Positions 1-10,935 of a DNA stretch of 64,000 bases are shown here, piece after piece. The stretch comes from Thalassovita sp. (GTDB lineage Bacteria; Pseudomonadota; Alphaproteobacteria; Rhodobacterales; Rhodobacteraceae): assembly GCA_050633445.1 (NCBI GenBank), contig JBOEGN010000002.1:17873-81872 (forward strand), written 5' to 3'. The notes below the pieces were generated by a model. It made no database searches, had not been told where the DNA came from, and worked only from the letters and a program-made list of their open reading frames with translations. The first letter of the stretch is position 1. The number at the start of each line of letters is the position of its first letter. Position numbers and translations under genes: made by a program.

Positions 1-71
1 CGGTCGAAGATGTGGCCAAGGCCGAAGAAACCCCACCCGAACAGCCCCCAGCGGCCGAGGCGACAGAATAA
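1..71 (+). CDS. 3' end of an upstream gene (acidic Pro/Ala-rich tail), partial
   Basis: Reads ...VEDVAKAEETPPEQPPAAEATE-TAA (69-71) and is followed by a terminator hairpin; identity cannot be determined. Confidence 0.5.
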   Translation, partial: VEDVAKAEETPPEQPPAAEATE

Positions 72-73
72 CG

Positions 74-102
74 AAACGCGGGTCCATCGGGCCCGCGTTT
101 TT
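74..102. terminator. Intrinsic terminator, probably bidirectional
   Basis: AAACGCGGGTCC-ATC-GGGCCCGCGTTT stem plus T run, between convergent genes. Confidence 0.8.
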
Positions 103-123
103 GTTTGGATCAGGATTTGACGC

Positions 124-963
124 TTAGGCCTTGATGTTGCGGGCCAGGGCGCAGAACTGTTCCAGCGACACGGTTTCTGCGCGGTCAGTTGGCTTGATGC
201 CTGACGCGATCAGGCGATCCTCTAGATCCGGGGCAATGCCCTTCAGGGCCGCCCGCAGCATTTTACGTCGCTGGTTAAACGCCTTGGCGACCACGCGTTC
301 CAGCGTCTTGGCATCGGCCGGAAAACGGGGTTGGGGCAGGGCCGTCAGATGGACTACCGCGGAATGCACTTTGGGAGGCGGGCTGAACGCCTCGGGCGGC
401 AGGTGCAGAACGATCTGCGTGTCCGTGCGCCACTGCGACAGGATCGCCAGACGGCCATAGGTTTTTGAGCCAGGCTGCGCCACGATCCGCTGCGCCACCT
501 CTTTTTGAAACATCAACGTCAACGACGACCAGAACGGCGGCCAGTCCTTGGGGGTCAGCCAACGGATCAGCAGCTCGGTTCCGACATTATAGGGCAGGTT
601 TGCCGCGATACGAATGGGCGGCGTCAGGTGGGCCAGTGGGTTCACCTCCAGCGCATCGCCATTGATCACCTCAAGCTGGCCGGGATAGGCCGCGCCGATC
701 TCGGCCAGGGCAGGCATGCAGCGGCTGTCCTTTTCGACTGCCAGCACTTTGCGCGCGCCTTCGGCCAGCAGCCCTCGGGTCAGGCCGCCGGGGCCGGGGC
801 CGATTTCAAGCACATCACATTCGGACAGATCCCCAGCCAGACGCGCAATTTTCGCGGTCAGGTTCAGATCCAGAAGAAAGTTCTGCCCCAGCGATTTTTT
901 GGCCGCGATATCGTGGTCGTCAATCACCTGGCGCAGCGGAGGAAGTGAGTCGATGCCGCTCAT
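124..963 (-). CDS. rsmA: 16S rRNA dimethyladenosine transferase RsmA/KsgA
   Basis: [16 protein letters not shown] and ANLPYN motifs; follows pdxA. Confidence 0.97.
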   Translation of the reverse strand: MSGIDSLPPLRQVIDDHDIAAKKSLGQNFLLDLNLTAKIARLAGDLSECDVLEIGPGPGGLTRGLLAEGARKVLAVEKDSRCMPALAEIGAAYPGQLEVINGDALEVNPLAHLTPPIRIAANLPYNVGTELLIRWLTPKDWPPFWSSLTLMFQKEVAQRIVAQPGSKTYGRLAILSQWRTDTQIVLHLPPEAFSPPPKVHSAVVHLTALPQPRFPADAKTLERVVAKAFNQRRKMLRAALKGIAPDLEDRLIASGIKPTDRAETVSLEQFCALARNIKA

Positions 964-1937
964 GCGTTGGCCTTTCGTGCCTGGGCCATTTCCGAGGCCA
1001 GTTTCAGCGCCTCGATCAGCGAATTGGGATCGGCCCGCCCGGTGCCCGCGATGTCAAAGGCCGTGCCATGATCGGGCGAGGTGCGGATGAAGGGCAAGCC
1101 CAGCGTGACGTTCACGCCGCCTGCGAAATCCAGCGTTTTGATCGGGATCAGCGCTTGGTCGTGATACATGCAGATCGCGGCGTCATAACGCGCGCGGGCC
1201 GCAGCGTGGAACATCGTATCCGCCGAGGAGGGGCCCGCGATGTGCATCCCCTCGGCGCGCAAGGCGTCCAGAACTGGGGTGATGAGGGTGATCTCTTCTG
1301 AGCCCATCGCACCGCCTTCGCCCGCATGGGGGTTCAGGCCCGCGACGGCCAGACGGGGCGTGGCTAGGCCGAAATCGCGGATCAGGGCGGCATGGGTGAT
1401 GCGGATGGTTTGCTCCAACAGATCGGCTGTCAGCAGGGCGGGCACATCCGCGATGGCGTCATGGATTGTGGTCGGCACGACGCGCAATTGCGAACAGGCC
1501 AGCATCATGACAACTCGGTCGACCCCACCCAGCGCGGCCAGATATTCGGTGTGACCGGGATAGGCGAAATTCGCGCCGTCCTTTAGCGCCTTTTTGTGGA
1601 TCGGAGCCGTGGTCAGGGCTGCGGCATGACCGCCGCGGACAAGCTCGACCCCGCGCGCGATCACGTCGATTACGCCTTGGGCATTCGCCGGGTCAGGCTG
1701 ACCGGGGATGGCCTTGGCGGGAAAGGGGTGATCTAGAACGGGCAGGCCGGTTTTGGCCGCATGCACCGCTTGGGACGGGTCCGAGATCACCTGATACGGC
1801 GTGCCATCGGGCAAATGCCGCGCGTCGCCGATATAGAAAAACGGCAGGCTTTCTCGCAGCTTATCCCAAGCCGCAGCCGCGATCTCGGGGCCGACGCCAG
1901 CCGGTTCGCCACAGGACAGCGCGACGGGCTGCGTCAT
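960..1937 (-). CDS. pdxA: 4-hydroxythreonine-4-phosphate dehydrogenase
   Basis: [27 protein letters not shown] and [14 protein letters not shown] motifs. Confidence 0.97.
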   Translation of the reverse strand: MTQPVALSCGEPAGVGPEIAAAAWDKLRESLPFFYIGDARHLPDGTPYQVISDPSQAVHAAKTGLPVLDHPFPAKAIPGQPDPANAQGVIDVIARGVELVRGGHAAALTTAPIHKKALKDGANFAYPGHTEYLAALGGVDRVVMMLACSQLRVVPTTIHDAIADVPALLTADLLEQTIRITHAALIRDFGLATPRLAVAGLNPHAGEGGAMGSEEITLITPVLDALRAEGMHIAGPSSADTMFHAAARARYDAAICMYHDQALIPIKTLDFAGGVNVTLGLPFIRTSPDHGTAFDIAGTGRADPNSLIEALKLASEMAQARKANA

Positions 1938-3163
1938 TCCTCGATGATCCGGGCATCCGCCAGAAGCTCTTGCAGATATCCTTGGGCCAGCGCTTGTATC
2001 CGTTGGTTGCGCAGTTGCGCGGTCAGCTCTTCACGCGAGGCATCTTGCGATAGCACAGGCGTCCGGGCGCACAGCATCACCAGCATCAGCGTCTGGCCAT
2101 TATTGCGCGTCAGATTGGTCGAAAACTCGCCCTTGTCCAGTTTCGACAGCTCGATCCCGATATCGCGCGGGACCTCGCCGGGTTTCTGGGTGTTCACCGT
2201 CAGGATTTCGTCCGGTTGACCCTTGGCGTGACCGTAAAGATCATCGCAGGTATCGGTGTCATCCATGATGGCTTGGGCGGTTGCCAGCGCTTCGGCAGAA
2301 CGTCCCCCAGGGATCAGATAGGTCGCATATTCCAGTGCGGCAGTACGCGGCGCGCGATAGGCGCTTTCGGCGATGTCCCGCAATTGGAACAGCGCAACGG
2401 CGCCCTTCAGCGGAATGGGGTCTGTCACGTCGCCGGGGTTCAACGCCATGATCACGGGCTGCAACGGCGGTGGCAATTTGGTGACGGGTGTCCATTTCAA
2501 TCGACCCCCATCATCACGCGAATTCGAGGCCGAATACCGGCGCGCGAAGTCCGAGAATTGTTTGATGGACGACGCCTGAGACAGTTCCTCGGCCAGGGCC
2601 ATTGCCTGCTGTTCCTTGCCCTGCGGCATCGGGATCACGATTTCAGAAAGCAACACCTGCGCCGAGCTGTTGGTGGCCAATGCCTGCAAGGCCTTGTCGA
2701 TATCCGCCTCGGTTACGACCGAACGCGCGGCGAAACGGGCGCCAACAACATTGCGCCAGACCAGCCCCGAATACAGAAAATCGTCAAAGGTCTGCTGCGC
2801 GATGCCGCGACTTTGCAAGAAGGCTTTGAACTTGTCAGGTGTCAGGTTCGCGCGGCCCGCGAATTCTTTAAGCCCCTCTGCCATCTCTTCGTCTTCGGCG
2901 CGGATACCCAGTTCAGCGGCGGCGTCCAGCTTCAGGCGTTCCTCGATCAGCTGTTCGCGCGCCAAGGTGACAGCATCCCCCGCGGGGTTCAGGGCCTCTA
3001 GCATCAGCTGACGCTGTTCCAGTTCGTAATAGGTGATCGCACGGTCATTCACCCGGATTGCGGGGGAAAACAGGCTCTGAGCCTGCGCGGTGGCGGTATT
3101 GGTGGCCAGCATCCCAACCGATGCAAGAGCAAGAATAATTCGGCGCATTCTAGTAGTCTTCAT
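1934..3163 (-). CDS. surA: Periplasmic chaperone/peptidyl-prolyl isomerase SurA
   Basis: Signal peptide, SurA N-domain and parvulin-like segment; lptD-surA-pdxA-rsmA synteny. Confidence 0.88.
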   Translation of the reverse strand: MKTTRMRRIILALASVGMLATNTATAQAQSLFSPAIRVNDRAITYYELEQRQLMLEALNPAGDAVTLAREQLIEERLKLDAAAELGIRAEDEEMAEGLKEFAGRANLTPDKFKAFLQSRGIAQQTFDDFLYSGLVWRNVVGARFAARSVVTEADIDKALQALATNSSAQVLLSEIVIPMPQGKEQQAMALAEELSQASSIKQFSDFARRYSASNSRDDGGRLKWTPVTKLPPPLQPVIMALNPGDVTDPIPLKGAVALFQLRDIAESAYRAPRTAALEYATYLIPGGRSAEALATAQAIMDDTDTCDDLYGHAKGQPDEILTVNTQKPGEVPRDIGIELSKLDKGEFSTNLTRNNGQTLMLVMLCARTPVLSQDASREELTAQLRNQRIQALAQGYLQELLADARIIEE

Positions 3164-3166
3164 CCT

Positions 3167-5314
3167 TCAGTTCCTGCAGCTGCGGGCATAGCTTTGATCC
3201 GTCTTCATGGCGCTAAATCCCTTCAGGCTGACGGTAAACCCGAAATTGGTCGACGGTTCAACGATAGTCGAAGATGTGAACCGGCGCGAGAGGGTGACGT
3301 TCATTTCCACACATTCATTCAGGTAACGTAGGCCAAGTCCCGCCTGTGTAGACCGATGTCCGGCAATGTCATAGCGCCAATCCACCGTTCCCGTCCAATG
3401 CTTGGCCAGCCTATGGGATCCATCCAGCGCCCATTCGGACACGGTATTGGCGCGATCTTCGTCCGCATCCGCGCCCAGCCAGACATAGGACAGACCCACA
3501 GCCGAGACATCATTTTGCCAATTGGCACGGGCCTCGGCCTTGTGGACGTCCAGCGCGTTGCCCAACAGGGTGCGCGCGGACAGGCCCAGCCCTTTGGCGG
3601 ATTGGATTTGCCCTGCCACCAACAGGTCCGAGGTCACACCCGTCAGACCAGAGCTAACCGAAAACGAGGCATCCGCATCCTCGCGCAGTACCTGCCCAAA
3701 GGTCAGAGCCGAGCTCCAACCCGATGGCGTGGTCCGTGTCCAGTTGATGCCAATCGCCCCGGCGGCTCCGCGTTCACGACGGTCGGGCGCAGGGAAGTGC
3801 GACAGGCTCAGTAAATTGCCCTCGTCAAACTCGACCCGTGTGCTTTCGTCATTGGGGATGTCCAGGCTGTTGCCACCAACCCAACCCAGCATCAAAACAG
3901 GTTCCAGCACATGCACCGCGCCCGAAGCCGACGTTTTTAGCCAGGGCCAGCGCAGGGTCAACGTGCTCTGCGGGGTAAAGGCCACGTCCTGATCGACGCT
4001 GGCAACGCTGTCCTGATTGATCCAGAACGCATCGACATCACCGCCCAGCATAAACTCGGCCCGCATACCGCCGGGCAGCATCCAATTGCGCAACCATTTG
4101 GCCGAAGCCTGCGCCCGCGTCACATCCCGACCGTCGCCCCAAATGTCGCTGTCAGCACCGTCTGTGCTGATCGTGGACGAGCGATAATGCGTGTGGGCAT
4201 CCAGAGACAGGCGCAATTCGCCCCCTAGCCGGGAGGGAAAATACCGGTGGCTTTGTTCGGCGTCCAGGATCACCGTCGGGATTGTCGAGTTGTCCTCGCC
4301 ATCGCGAAGTGTCTGGTAAGTCGACAAGGCAATGCGACGATGTTCGTCCCGTTTGGTGCGGGTCAGTGCGATCTCGCTCTCTAGCCGGTCCTTGTCGGAA
4401 TAATCATAGTCCAGCAGATAGGCGCGGTCGGTGACGCCCTCCAGCTCGAAACTCAGTTGATAGTCGTTTTCCAGATTGAACAGGCCGTGGCCAAAGATAA
4501 AGCCGCGCAGCTCTCCGGGTTGCAAAGTATCGTCGCTGAGCGCACCGCTGAATTCGACAGTGCCCCGGCGAAATGCCTGGCGATAGCGCCATTCCAGTGT
4601 GCGGGTCTGTGACGAAAAGAACGGCGTCAGCGTCAGGTCCCGATGATCGCCAATCCGAATGAAATAGGGGATCTTCACGCCCACACCCAGATCCGAGCTT
4701 TGTTTGAGTGACGGGATCAAGAACCCTGTGGACCGACTGACCGACGGGTCCGGCAGACGCAGGCGTGGCACCCACAAAATGGGCACATCCATCACCCGCA
4801 GCTGTGCGTTTTCGAAATAGATCTGACGTTCTTCTTGATCATGGATGGTGCGTTTGGCGCGGATTTGCCAGACAGGCGGGGTGTCGTCGTTGCACACCCG
4901 GCACGAGGTCGCGGCGACCTTGTACAGCTGCGTATAGCGCCCGCCGGTGCGATCCAGCTGCGCCGCGGCCAGTTGCACCCGTTGATCCATGATCATCCGC
5001 GCACCGCGCAGCAGGCCGTTTTCCAGATTGCGATCCATCTCGCCCGAGCCGGCAAGGATCACGGTATTGTCCCCCTCCGTCATCGTGATAGGCCCGTCGA
5101 TGATCAGCTTATTGGAGTTGCGATCAAACTCGATCCGTTGGGCCCGCAGGCGGGTCGAGCCGTGCAGCACCTCGACATGGCCCTCGGCGATCAGACGGTC
5201 GCGCCCATCCAAACGCACGCTGTCAGCCACCAGAACAGCAGCGCGATCCTGGGCCGTGGCAACCGAGGCCAGAGCGATGAAAACAACGCTCAGAAGGGTT
5301 AGAAAACGCGTCAT
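3167..5314 (-). CDS. lptD: LPS-assembly outer membrane protein LptD
   Basis: 715 aa with signal peptide, TSC..C...P.WQIRA and R.TGFLIP motifs; synteny. Confidence 0.93.
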   Translation of the reverse strand: MTRFLTLLSVVFIALASVATAQDRAAVLVADSVRLDGRDRLIAEGHVEVLHGSTRLRAQRIEFDRNSNKLIIDGPITMTEGDNTVILAGSGEMDRNLENGLLRGARMIMDQRVQLAAAQLDRTGGRYTQLYKVAATSCRVCNDDTPPVWQIRAKRTIHDQEERQIYFENAQLRVMDVPILWVPRLRLPDPSVSRSTGFLIPSLKQSSDLGVGVKIPYFIRIGDHRDLTLTPFFSSQTRTLEWRYRQAFRRGTVEFSGALSDDTLQPGELRGFIFGHGLFNLENDYQLSFELEGVTDRAYLLDYDYSDKDRLESEIALTRTKRDEHRRIALSTYQTLRDGEDNSTIPTVILDAEQSHRYFPSRLGGELRLSLDAHTHYRSSTISTDGADSDIWGDGRDVTRAQASAKWLRNWMLPGGMRAEFMLGGDVDAFWINQDSVASVDQDVAFTPQSTLTLRWPWLKTSASGAVHVLEPVLMLGWVGGNSLDIPNDESTRVEFDEGNLLSLSHFPAPDRRERGAAGAIGINWTRTTPSGWSSALTFGQVLREDADASFSVSSGLTGVTSDLLVAGQIQSAKGLGLSARTLLGNALDVHKAEARANWQNDVSAVGLSYVWLGADADEDRANTVSEWALDGSHRLAKHWTGTVDWRYDIAGHRSTQAGLGLRYLNECVEMNVTLSRRFTSSTIVEPSTNFGFTVSLKGFSAMKTDQSYARSCRN

Positions 5315-6408
5315 CCGTCCTCCATATGCAAGAGGATCCCCAACGCCAACAAGACCGAAGCCACAGGCGGCGCCCAGGCCGCCAGCATCACAGGCAGTTG
5401 TCCGTTCTCGCCCAGAATTTGCGCGAAGTTACGAATGTAATACAGCCCAAAGCCCAGCATGATCGCGGCCAGTACCGATATGCCTGTATGCCCGAAACGC
5501 GTGTGTCTCATGGTAAAGGCCGAGGCGACCAGCACCATCGCGATCAGGAACAACGGACGGGCCAGTTCGATCTGCAACCACACCACATGACGACGGGCAG
5601 AAAAACCGGCCTCTTGCAACTGTCGAATATACTGAGGCAAATCCCAGACCGAGATCACCCCCGGCGTTCCAAAACTGTCGCGAATGCGATCCTGCGTCAG
5701 CGTCGAGGGCAGGGAAAGGGTGTCATGCTCGGCCGACAAGCCCTCGGGGTTCAGTCCGGCGGTCAGGGGCCAGACTTTGGCATTGGTCAAAATCCAGGCG
5801 CCCTCGGACAGGGTGGCGCTGCGGGCCTCGATGCGGCGCACGGGGCCCCCAACTGGGGCATAGGCCAAAAAGGTCACGTCATACAGCGTGGTGCCATCCG
5901 CGTTGGCATTGCTGGCACGGATCACGGTCTGTCCCTCGTTGCCACCCTGCCTGAGCCACAGACCTTCGGCGCTGATCGACAGCACGTCCACGCCTTCGTT
6001 ACGATACCCGTCATAGAGATCGTTAAACCGTTTCGAGGTCACCGACACGATCGGGTTGGCCATCCCAACAGTCACGATCCCGATCAGCGCCGCGACGCAG
6101 ACCGGGGCCATCAGGCTGCGCAGCGCCGATCGGCCTGCCGCCCGCGCCACCACCAGCTCGGACGAGCGGGACAGCCCCAAAAACAGCGTCACCGTCGACA
6201 GGATCATCACCAGCGGCAGAATGTCATAAATCGATTTCGGAGCATTCAGCAGCGTGAGTTCGAAAATTTGCGGCAAGGACACGCCGCGCGCGGAAAACCG
6301 GCTGATCTGTTCAACCAGATCAATCAAGGCCATCAGCATGAAAAACACGCCCAAAATGCCCAGAAAAATCATCGTGAACTTACGTGCGAAATAGAAATAC
6401 AGAGTCAT
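5311..6408 (-). CDS. lptG: LPS export ABC permease LptG
   Basis: YjgP/Q family (SSELVVARAAG, LAAWAP); ATG at 6408 overlaps the lptF stop. Confidence 0.92.
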   Translation of the reverse strand: MTLYFYFARKFTMIFLGILGVFFMLMALIDLVEQISRFSARGVSLPQIFELTLLNAPKSIYDILPLVMILSTVTLFLGLSRSSELVVARAAGRSALRSLMAPVCVAALIGIVTVGMANPIVSVTSKRFNDLYDGYRNEGVDVLSISAEGLWLRQGGNEGQTVIRASNANADGTTLYDVTFLAYAPVGGPVRRIEARSATLSEGAWILTNAKVWPLTAGLNPEGLSAEHDTLSLPSTLTQDRIRDSFGTPGVISVWDLPQYIRQLQEAGFSARRHVVWLQIELARPLFLIAMVLVASAFTMRHTRFGHTGISVLAAIMLGFGLYYIRNFAQILGENGQLPVMLAAWAPPVASVLLALGILLHMEDG

Positions 6409-7532
6409 GCCGCGGCCTCCGGCACTATGGATCGTGGCCGCCGCGCGCGCCCGGCCCAGGCCAGCATAACAAGCGCCATGCCAATGCCCGCCACCGACGG
6501 CGCATAGACGAGCGGCCACAGCTCTGGCGCGGTTTCAACGGCGTCGGCGGACAGGCCCTCGATCAGTTTGATCACGACCAGCAGCAACATCGCCGCAACG
6601 ATTTGTCGCCAGACGCCAAAGCGCGAAAAACTGCCCAGCAGCAGCGTCGCGAACCCAATCAGGGCGGCAGCCAGGCACAGAAATGCCTGGTTGAAGCGGT
6701 TGTGAACCTCGACGATCACCCGCCCGACCTGATCCTGCGCTTGCGCAGCGACACGTTCGGGCCGAAGCAACATGTCCCACGAGCTGGCCTGATTTACACC
6801 CCTTATGCGCGCCTCGGACGTACGGATCAGCCCGGTGATGTCATAGGAAAAGTCATCGAAATGCGTGGTGAACAAGCGATTGCCGTCTCGCGTAAAACTT
6901 TGCGACATGCCATCCAGCATCACCAATTTCACCTTGTCATTCTGGTTCAAAAGATAGGCCCGCGTGGCCGTAAAGGTCTGCGCACTGTCAGGTTTGCGCC
7001 GGTCCGACAGGAAAACATCCTCGAGCGTGCCATCCAGCGTAATCTGACGAATGAAGAAGGTCACGCCCTCGGCCGGATGCAGGAATGTCCCTTCGCTCAG
7101 CAATCTTGCGGTAACATTCTCGGCGATCTCGGCCTCTCGGTTTTGCATCTGGTACAGGCTGGCGGGCACCAGGAAATGGGTCAGCGCGGTCATCATCACG
7201 CCCACGATCAGCCCGTAATACACCACAGGTCGCGCCAGCCTCCACGGACTGAACCCGGTGGCCTGCATGACCACCAGCTCGGACTCGTTGCTAAGCCGGT
7301 TGGTGACATAGACCGAGGCCGCGAACACCGCCATCGGCAACACGATGCGGATCACGTTGGGCAGGGTCAGCGCGGTGAATTCCAGGAACACCATGGCGGA
7401 CTGGCCGTCGCCCACCAACCGGTCAAACAGGCGCACGGCCCGGTTGATCCAATAGATCGACACCAGCACCAGCGAGAAGAATCCGAACAGGACCAACAGC
7501 TGTGACAGCATGTATCTGTCGAATCTGGCCAA
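6405..7532 (-). CDS. lptF: LPS export ABC permease LptF
   Basis: YjgP/Q family (ESELVVMQATG); tandem with lptG and divergent from pepA. Confidence 0.92.
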   Translation of the reverse strand: MARFDRYMLSQLLVLFGFFSLVLVSIYWINRAVRLFDRLVGDGQSAMVFLEFTALTLPNVIRIVLPMAVFAASVYVTNRLSNESELVVMQATGFSPWRLARPVVYYGLIVGVMMTALTHFLVPASLYQMQNREAEIAENVTARLLSEGTFLHPAEGVTFFIRQITLDGTLEDVFLSDRRKPDSAQTFTATRAYLLNQNDKVKLVMLDGMSQSFTRDGNRLFTTHFDDFSYDITGLIRTSEARIRGVNQASSWDMLLRPERVAAQAQDQVGRVIVEVHNRFNQAFLCLAAALIGFATLLLGSFSRFGVWRQIVAAMLLLVVIKLIEGLSADAVETAPELWPLVYAPSVAGIGMALVMLAWAGRARRPRSIVPEAAA

Positions 7533-7661
7533 AATACCCCCCCGGGAATGACATTTTCCCCGCAGTGTTACCCCAAGCGGTGCCGGGGGAAAACTGCTAT
7601 CTGGTCAAGGTGGCAAGGTCACGCTAGGACTCTGTTCAAACCTGTTTTGGAAGGAAGCCGC

Positions 7662-9158
7662 ATGACCACCCCCGTAAGTGTGAATTTTACAGAGACGGAT
7701 ATCGAGAAAATCGCCGAAGCCGAGGGCCGCGTCGCTGTGGTTCTGGGCAACCGGGGCAACCTGCATGCGGGGGCCGCGCGCCTGAACAAGCTAAGCAAGG
7801 GCGCGCTGAAACGCTTTATTGGATCGGACGCTTTCGTTGACATGAAACCCGGCGAGATGAAGTCCATCAGCTGGCCTGTCGGCATGGCTGCTCTGGCGAT
7901 TGATGTGGTCAAGCTGGACAAGGGTGCTAAAAAACCCGAGGTGCGTAAATCCGGGGCTGCCATTGGTGCGGCAAAGGGTAAGAAACCCCTGCTGGTGCTG
8001 TGCAACAACCTGAACCGGGCCGAAGAGCTGGCGTTTGGGATTGCCATGCGCGCCTATGCCTTCACCGCCCGCAAAAGCGCCGAGGAAGAGGCCGCTGGGG
8101 ACGTGACCTTTATGGTGAACACCCCCGAGGATGTGGCGCTGCGCTTTGCCCCGCTGAACGCGGTCGCCGAGGGCGTGTTCTTTACCCGTGATTTGGTCAG
8201 CGAGCCTGCCAACTATCTGACCACCACCGAATTCGGCAACCGTCTGGATGCGCTGACCGAATTGGGTCTGGAGGTCGAGATTTTGGAAGAGGACAAACTG
8301 GCCGAGCTGGGTATGGGCAGCCTTCTGTCTGTCGGTCAGGGCTCGGACAGCCCGTCCAAGGTTGTGGTGATGCAATGGAATGGCGGCGGGGACGAGGCTC
8401 CGCTGGCGCTGGTCGGTAAGGGTGTTGTGTTTGACACCGGCGGGATTTCGCTGAAACCGGCGGCTGGCATGGAAGACATGACCATGGATATGGGCGGCGC
8501 GGGCGTCGTGGCCGGTGTGATGAAAACCCTGGCGATGCGCAAAGCCAAGGCCAACGTGGTCGGCCTAGTTGGTCTGGTGGAAAACATGCCCTCGGGCAAT
8601 GCAACGCGTCCGGGCGATGTCGTGACCTCGATGAAAGGGGACACGATCGAGGTGATCAATACCGATGCCGAGGGTCGCTTGGTTTTGGCGGACGTGCTGT
8701 GGTACGCGCAGGAACGGTTTGCCCCTGTGGGCATGATCAACCTGGCCACGCTGACCGGCGCGGTGATCATTGGTCTGGGTCATGAAAATGCTGGCGTGTT
8801 CTCGAACAACGACGGGATCTGCAAAAGCTTCCTCAAGGCCGCCGGTGCCGAAGGCGAGGGCGCTTGGCGCCTGCCATTGGGTCAGGCCTATGACAACATG
8901 ATCAAGTCGAACATTGCCGACATCAAGAACTCGGGTGGTCGCCCTGCTGGGTCCATCACAGCTGCGCAGTTCCTTAAACGGTTTGTCAAAGACGAGACCC
9001 CCTGGATTCACCTGGATATCGCTGGCGTGGCATCGGTAAAGGCGCCAACAGCGTTCGCCCCCAAAGGCGCGACCGGATGGGGTGTGATGGCTCTGAACCG
9101 CTTGGTGCAGGACGTTTATGAGCAACAAGACGAAGTCGCACTCGCGGCCGAGGAGTGA
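7662..9158 (+). CDS. pepA: Leucyl aminopeptidase (M17)
   Basis: GKGVVFDTGG, DMGGA, NTDAEGRL and WIHLDIAG motifs; ATG 7662 has an RBS. Confidence 0.96.
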   Translation: MTTPVSVNFTETDIEKIAEAEGRVAVVLGNRGNLHAGAARLNKLSKGALKRFIGSDAFVDMKPGEMKSISWPVGMAALAIDVVKLDKGAKKPEVRKSGAAIGAAKGKKPLLVLCNNLNRAEELAFGIAMRAYAFTARKSAEEEAAGDVTFMVNTPEDVALRFAPLNAVAEGVFFTRDLVSEPANYLTTTEFGNRLDALTELGLEVEILEEDKLAELGMGSLLSVGQGSDSPSKVVVMQWNGGGDEAPLALVGKGVVFDTGGISLKPAAGMEDMTMDMGGAGVVAGVMKTLAMRKAKANVVGLVGLVENMPSGNATRPGDVVTSMKGDTIEVINTDAEGRLVLADVLWYAQERFAPVGMINLATLTGAVIIGLGHENAGVFSNNDGICKSFLKAAGAEGEGAWRLPLGQAYDNMIKSNIADIKNSGGRPAGSITAAQFLKRFVKDETPWIHLDIAGVASVKAPTAFAPKGATGWGVMALNRLVQDVYEQQDEVALAAEE

Positions 9159-9162
9159 TCGC

Positions 9163-9618
9163 TTGGGCGCCGTCTATTTCTATCACCTGACGCGGCAGCC
9201 GCTGGAGGCCACGCTGCCCATGCTGTTGACCAAATCGCGTCAGGCCGGGTGGACGGTCGCCGTGCGCGGTCAGGATGCTGGCCGGATGGAGTGGCTGGAC
9301 CAGAAACTGTGGTCGGGACCCGAGGATGGGTTCCTGCCGCACGGTCTGGCTGGCGGCCCGCATGACGCATTGCAGCCGGTCTTGTTAACCACGGGACCGG
9401 CCACGAATGACCCACAATGCCTGATGGCTGTCGATGGCGCTGATGTCAGCGCTGGCGAGGTTAACGAGCTGGAGCGTGTCTGTGTAATTTTCGACGGCAC
9501 AGATGACGAAGCGGTCCAAAATGCGCGCATTCAGTGGAAAACGCTGACCGATGCGGGCTGTTCTGCGCAATACTGGTCAGAAGAGTCGGGGCGTTGGGAG
9601 AAAAAGGCAGAAAAATAA
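9163..9618 (+). CDS. holC: DNA polymerase III chi subunit
   Basis: FYHL, LW..FLPH and AR.QWK motifs; follows pepA; TTG start after AGGAG. Confidence 0.9.
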   Translation: MGAVYFYHLTRQPLEATLPMLLTKSRQAGWTVAVRGQDAGRMEWLDQKLWSGPEDGFLPHGLAGGPHDALQPVLLTTGPATNDPQCLMAVDGADVSAGEVNELERVCVIFDGTDDEAVQNARIQWKTLTDAGCSAQYWSEESGRWEKKAEK

Positions 9619-9636
9619 GGGCTTAACGGTCGCTAT

Positions 9637-10215
9637 TCATCTGGTAAGCAGCAAAAATCCGGGCGTGATCTCGATTTTCGAGAAACGCTGCAAATAGGTC
9701 ATCCCCAACAGCGACGTTTCCATCTCGCCCTCATTCACCCAGGCACGAATATTGCTGTCTTCATAAGGGCCTACGGTGAAATCCTCAAGTAATACACGAG
9801 CTGTTCTGACCGGTCCATTCGCTGTCATCGCCTCTCCGAGGAATGCAAGTTGCTTTCGGTCCAAACCGGCGCGCTCTGCATCCTCCAGCGTCATCACGAT
9901 CCCCGAGGCCCCAGTGTCCACGACAAAGCGGATCGGTTCGTTATTCACGATGGCCGTCAGGTAATAATGGCCGTCCGGTGCGCGTGGCAGTTCGATCTGA
10001 CCAGAGGAATGCACCGCTTGTTGGGGCATCACGGTTTGGCGGATATCGCCCCAAAGTCCGACGGCTGCGATCACCCCGAGAAACAGAAAAACCCAGATCA
10101 ACGCTTGTTGCACCAGCTTGGACAGGTTGCCCCGTCGCTGGGTCAGATACCACGATCCCACGGCGACAAGCAACAGGATCAGATAGGCCAGACGCCCGAC
10201 ATCCCAACTGTCCAT
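9637..10215 (-). CDS. Clan AA (retropepsin-like) aspartic protease, TIGR02281-like
   Basis: Two TM helices, DGHY, FVVDTGAS and SLLGM motifs. Confidence 0.9.
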   Translation of the reverse strand: MDSWDVGRLAYLILLLVAVGSWYLTQRRGNLSKLVQQALIWVFLFLGVIAAVGLWGDIRQTVMPQQAVHSSGQIELPRAPDGHYYLTAIVNNEPIRFVVDTGASGIVMTLEDAERAGLDRKQLAFLGEAMTANGPVRTARVLLEDFTVGPYEDSNIRAWVNEGEMETSLLGMTYLQRFSKIEITPGFLLLTR

Positions 10216-10275
10216 GATGCTCTCCTTTCGCGGTGCTTGCATGTGATATAGGCGCCGTGCACGCGAATTACAGCC

Positions 10276-10896
10276 TTAGCTGGCCAGACCAAATGCCTTT
10301 AGGCCGTCCAAAACGAACTGCACAGCAAGCGCACACAAGAGCATTCCCAAGAGACGCGACACAACGTTGATACCGGTCTTGCCCAGGGCGCGCTCAAGCC
10401 AGCCCGCGGTCAAAAACAGCAGAAAAGCGATGATCAGAACGGCCAGCGTAACCCCAAGGGTCATGGTCAGGCCCAGCAGGCCGGGGTGTTGACCCGCCAG
10501 CAGAATAATGGTGGCAATCGACCCCGGTCCCGCGATCAGCGGAATGCCTAAGGGAAAGACCGAGGGATCGTCGGTGTTTTCGTCCTCTTCGGCTTGATCT
10601 TCGCGCCGTTTGGTGCGGCGTTGGAACAGCATGTCCAGCGCGGTCAGGAACAAAAGCAACCCACCGGCGATGCGGAAAGCGGGCATCGAGATGCCGACAA
10701 AGCCCAGCACAGCCTCGCCAAACAGCGCAAAGAGACACAGGATAAAGAATGCGACCAAAACCCCACGCAAGGCGATTGCACGGCGCCGCGACTGGGGCAT
10801 GCCTTGGGTCAGGGCGACGAACATGGGCGTCAGGCCGATCGGGTCGATGATCACGAACAGCGTGACAAACCCGGTGATCAGAAATGCGGTATCCAT
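10276..10896 (-). CDS. MarC family membrane protein
   Basis: IIDPIG, FRIAGG and PLIAGPG motifs. Confidence 0.93.
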   Translation of the reverse strand: MDTAFLITGFVTLFVIIDPIGLTPMFVALTQGMPQSRRRAIALRGVLVAFFILCLFALFGEAVLGFVGISMPAFRIAGGLLLFLTALDMLFQRRTKRREDQAEEDENTDDPSVFPLGIPLIAGPGSIATIILLAGQHPGLLGLTMTLGVTLAVLIIAFLLFLTAGWLERALGKTGINVVSRLLGMLLCALAVQFVLDGLKAFGLAS

Positions 10897-10935
10897 AAAG
10901 AACGTTACCTAGTCCAGCTTGCCAGCGCCATAGGC